Positions 63,046 through 64,000 of a stretch of 64,000 nucleotides of DNA are shown here, in pieces (positions within the stretch are counted from its first letter, which is position 1; every line of letters starts with the position of its first letter). Source of the DNA: Hydrolagus affinis (Eukaryota); assembly GCA_012026655.1 (NCBI GenBank), contig JAAILG010000627.1, positions 1 through 64,000 of the forward strand, in the 5' to 3' direction. The translations under genes and the position numbers were made by a program. A model generated the notes under the pieces. The model saw only the letters and a program-made list of their open reading frames with translations. It had not been told where the DNA came from and did no database searches.

Positions 63046-64000
63046 CCCAGCATTTATACTGACATGAGTGGAGTGGTAATATAATGATGTGGAGCGGAAA
63101 GCCAGGGTTTATAAAGCCATGACGCTTTCAATATGTTTCTAAAGGATCGGTCGGTGTCACACGATTCCCTCTTTAAGAACACTTTAGGGGATCTTAGGAA
63201 ATTAGCTCAGGGTAAATTTCATGCATCATATTTATCCTTACGAGGTTCACATTCAAGCATGAGCGCAAACACACGATTAGTAAGACTTGGTGCGTGCGTA
63301 TCGCCTTCATTGCACGTGGCCTTCAGGAGTTCAGCGTGGAATATCATTGCGATATGTTGCTGTTGGATAGAATGAACAGATATTGTGAAGTGAAGGTGAC
63401 GCTGAGGTGAATCAATGCCTGATCCACCTCGTGTATTGCGCACAGGTTGCCAATGAGAAAAAAAAGGCAGATCTGTAGCTGGCAGTATAGCATGATACGT
63501 GAAATATGAACATAAATAAACAATCTGATTAGCCGCCGCTCACGGTCATTAGGCTGAGCAGAAAGAAGTAGCAAAGGTGCTCATTGCCTGCTGTGTGGTT
63601 ACTGGTTCAGGTCCCAGAAGAGTTTCACATGTTGATCAATACGTCTCAATGATTTTCAACCAGAAGGGAAATGTTGACATTTTGAATGGACCTGGAGTGT
63701 TGGTCAATCATCAATGCGAGGAGTTGGATTGCGTTTGAAAAAAAAACAAGTGGAAATCTGAGAGCCACTTACTTCTCTGGCTCTGAGCAGGAAGGAGATA
63801 ACGTCAGAATGAATAGCGGTGAAAAAAAGGGGAAAAGAAAGAGTACACCATTCATCAGAGTGAGTGTTTCTTACAGTTACAGAACACAGGAATCACCCAT
63901 TCTTGCTCTTTTAAAATGAACTCGACTAAATTGTTGCCCATTTCTAAGTGTTAAAGGAATGTTTTCGTATGCTTTATGAGATCTCAGTTATCAATTCTCA

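Noticed and set aside
63219-63443. KDKYDA as TIR-domain box 1 supporting an IL-1R-like gene
   Set aside because: It is followed immediately by a stop, has no other TIR motifs and lies upstream of the Ig-like remnant, which is the wrong order.

Overview
This is AT-rich, CpG-depleted vertebrate genomic DNA with one 100-N assembly gap (24860-24959); it is not prokaryotic. The repeat landscape points to a cartilaginous fish, probably a chimaera such as Callorhinchus (inference). It includes tRNA-headed and Deu-domain SINEs with L2-type (TTA)n tails, L2 and CR1 LINE 3' fragments, a Penelope-like retroelement and a hAT MITE. I could not recognise any intact protein-coding gene, and the window reads as gene desert or a very large intron with several repeat-free blocks resembling conserved non-coding elements. 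The best-supported highlights are: (1) a Penelope-like element with a 13-bp TSD nested in a CR1 LINE, whose pseudo-LTR carries a minimal type-I hammerhead ribozyme motif (36564-36600); (2) a CpG-rich hAT MITE with a perfect 8-bp TSD (35613-35991), plus a second copy of its end at the window start; (3) a near-consensus CTCF site (53759-53777). More speculatively, several protein-like, stop-interrupted segments on the minus strand, including an Ig-domain-like remnant at about 25.9-26.2 kb, may be a decayed gene. Repeat boundaries are by-eye estimates unless a TSD is given.
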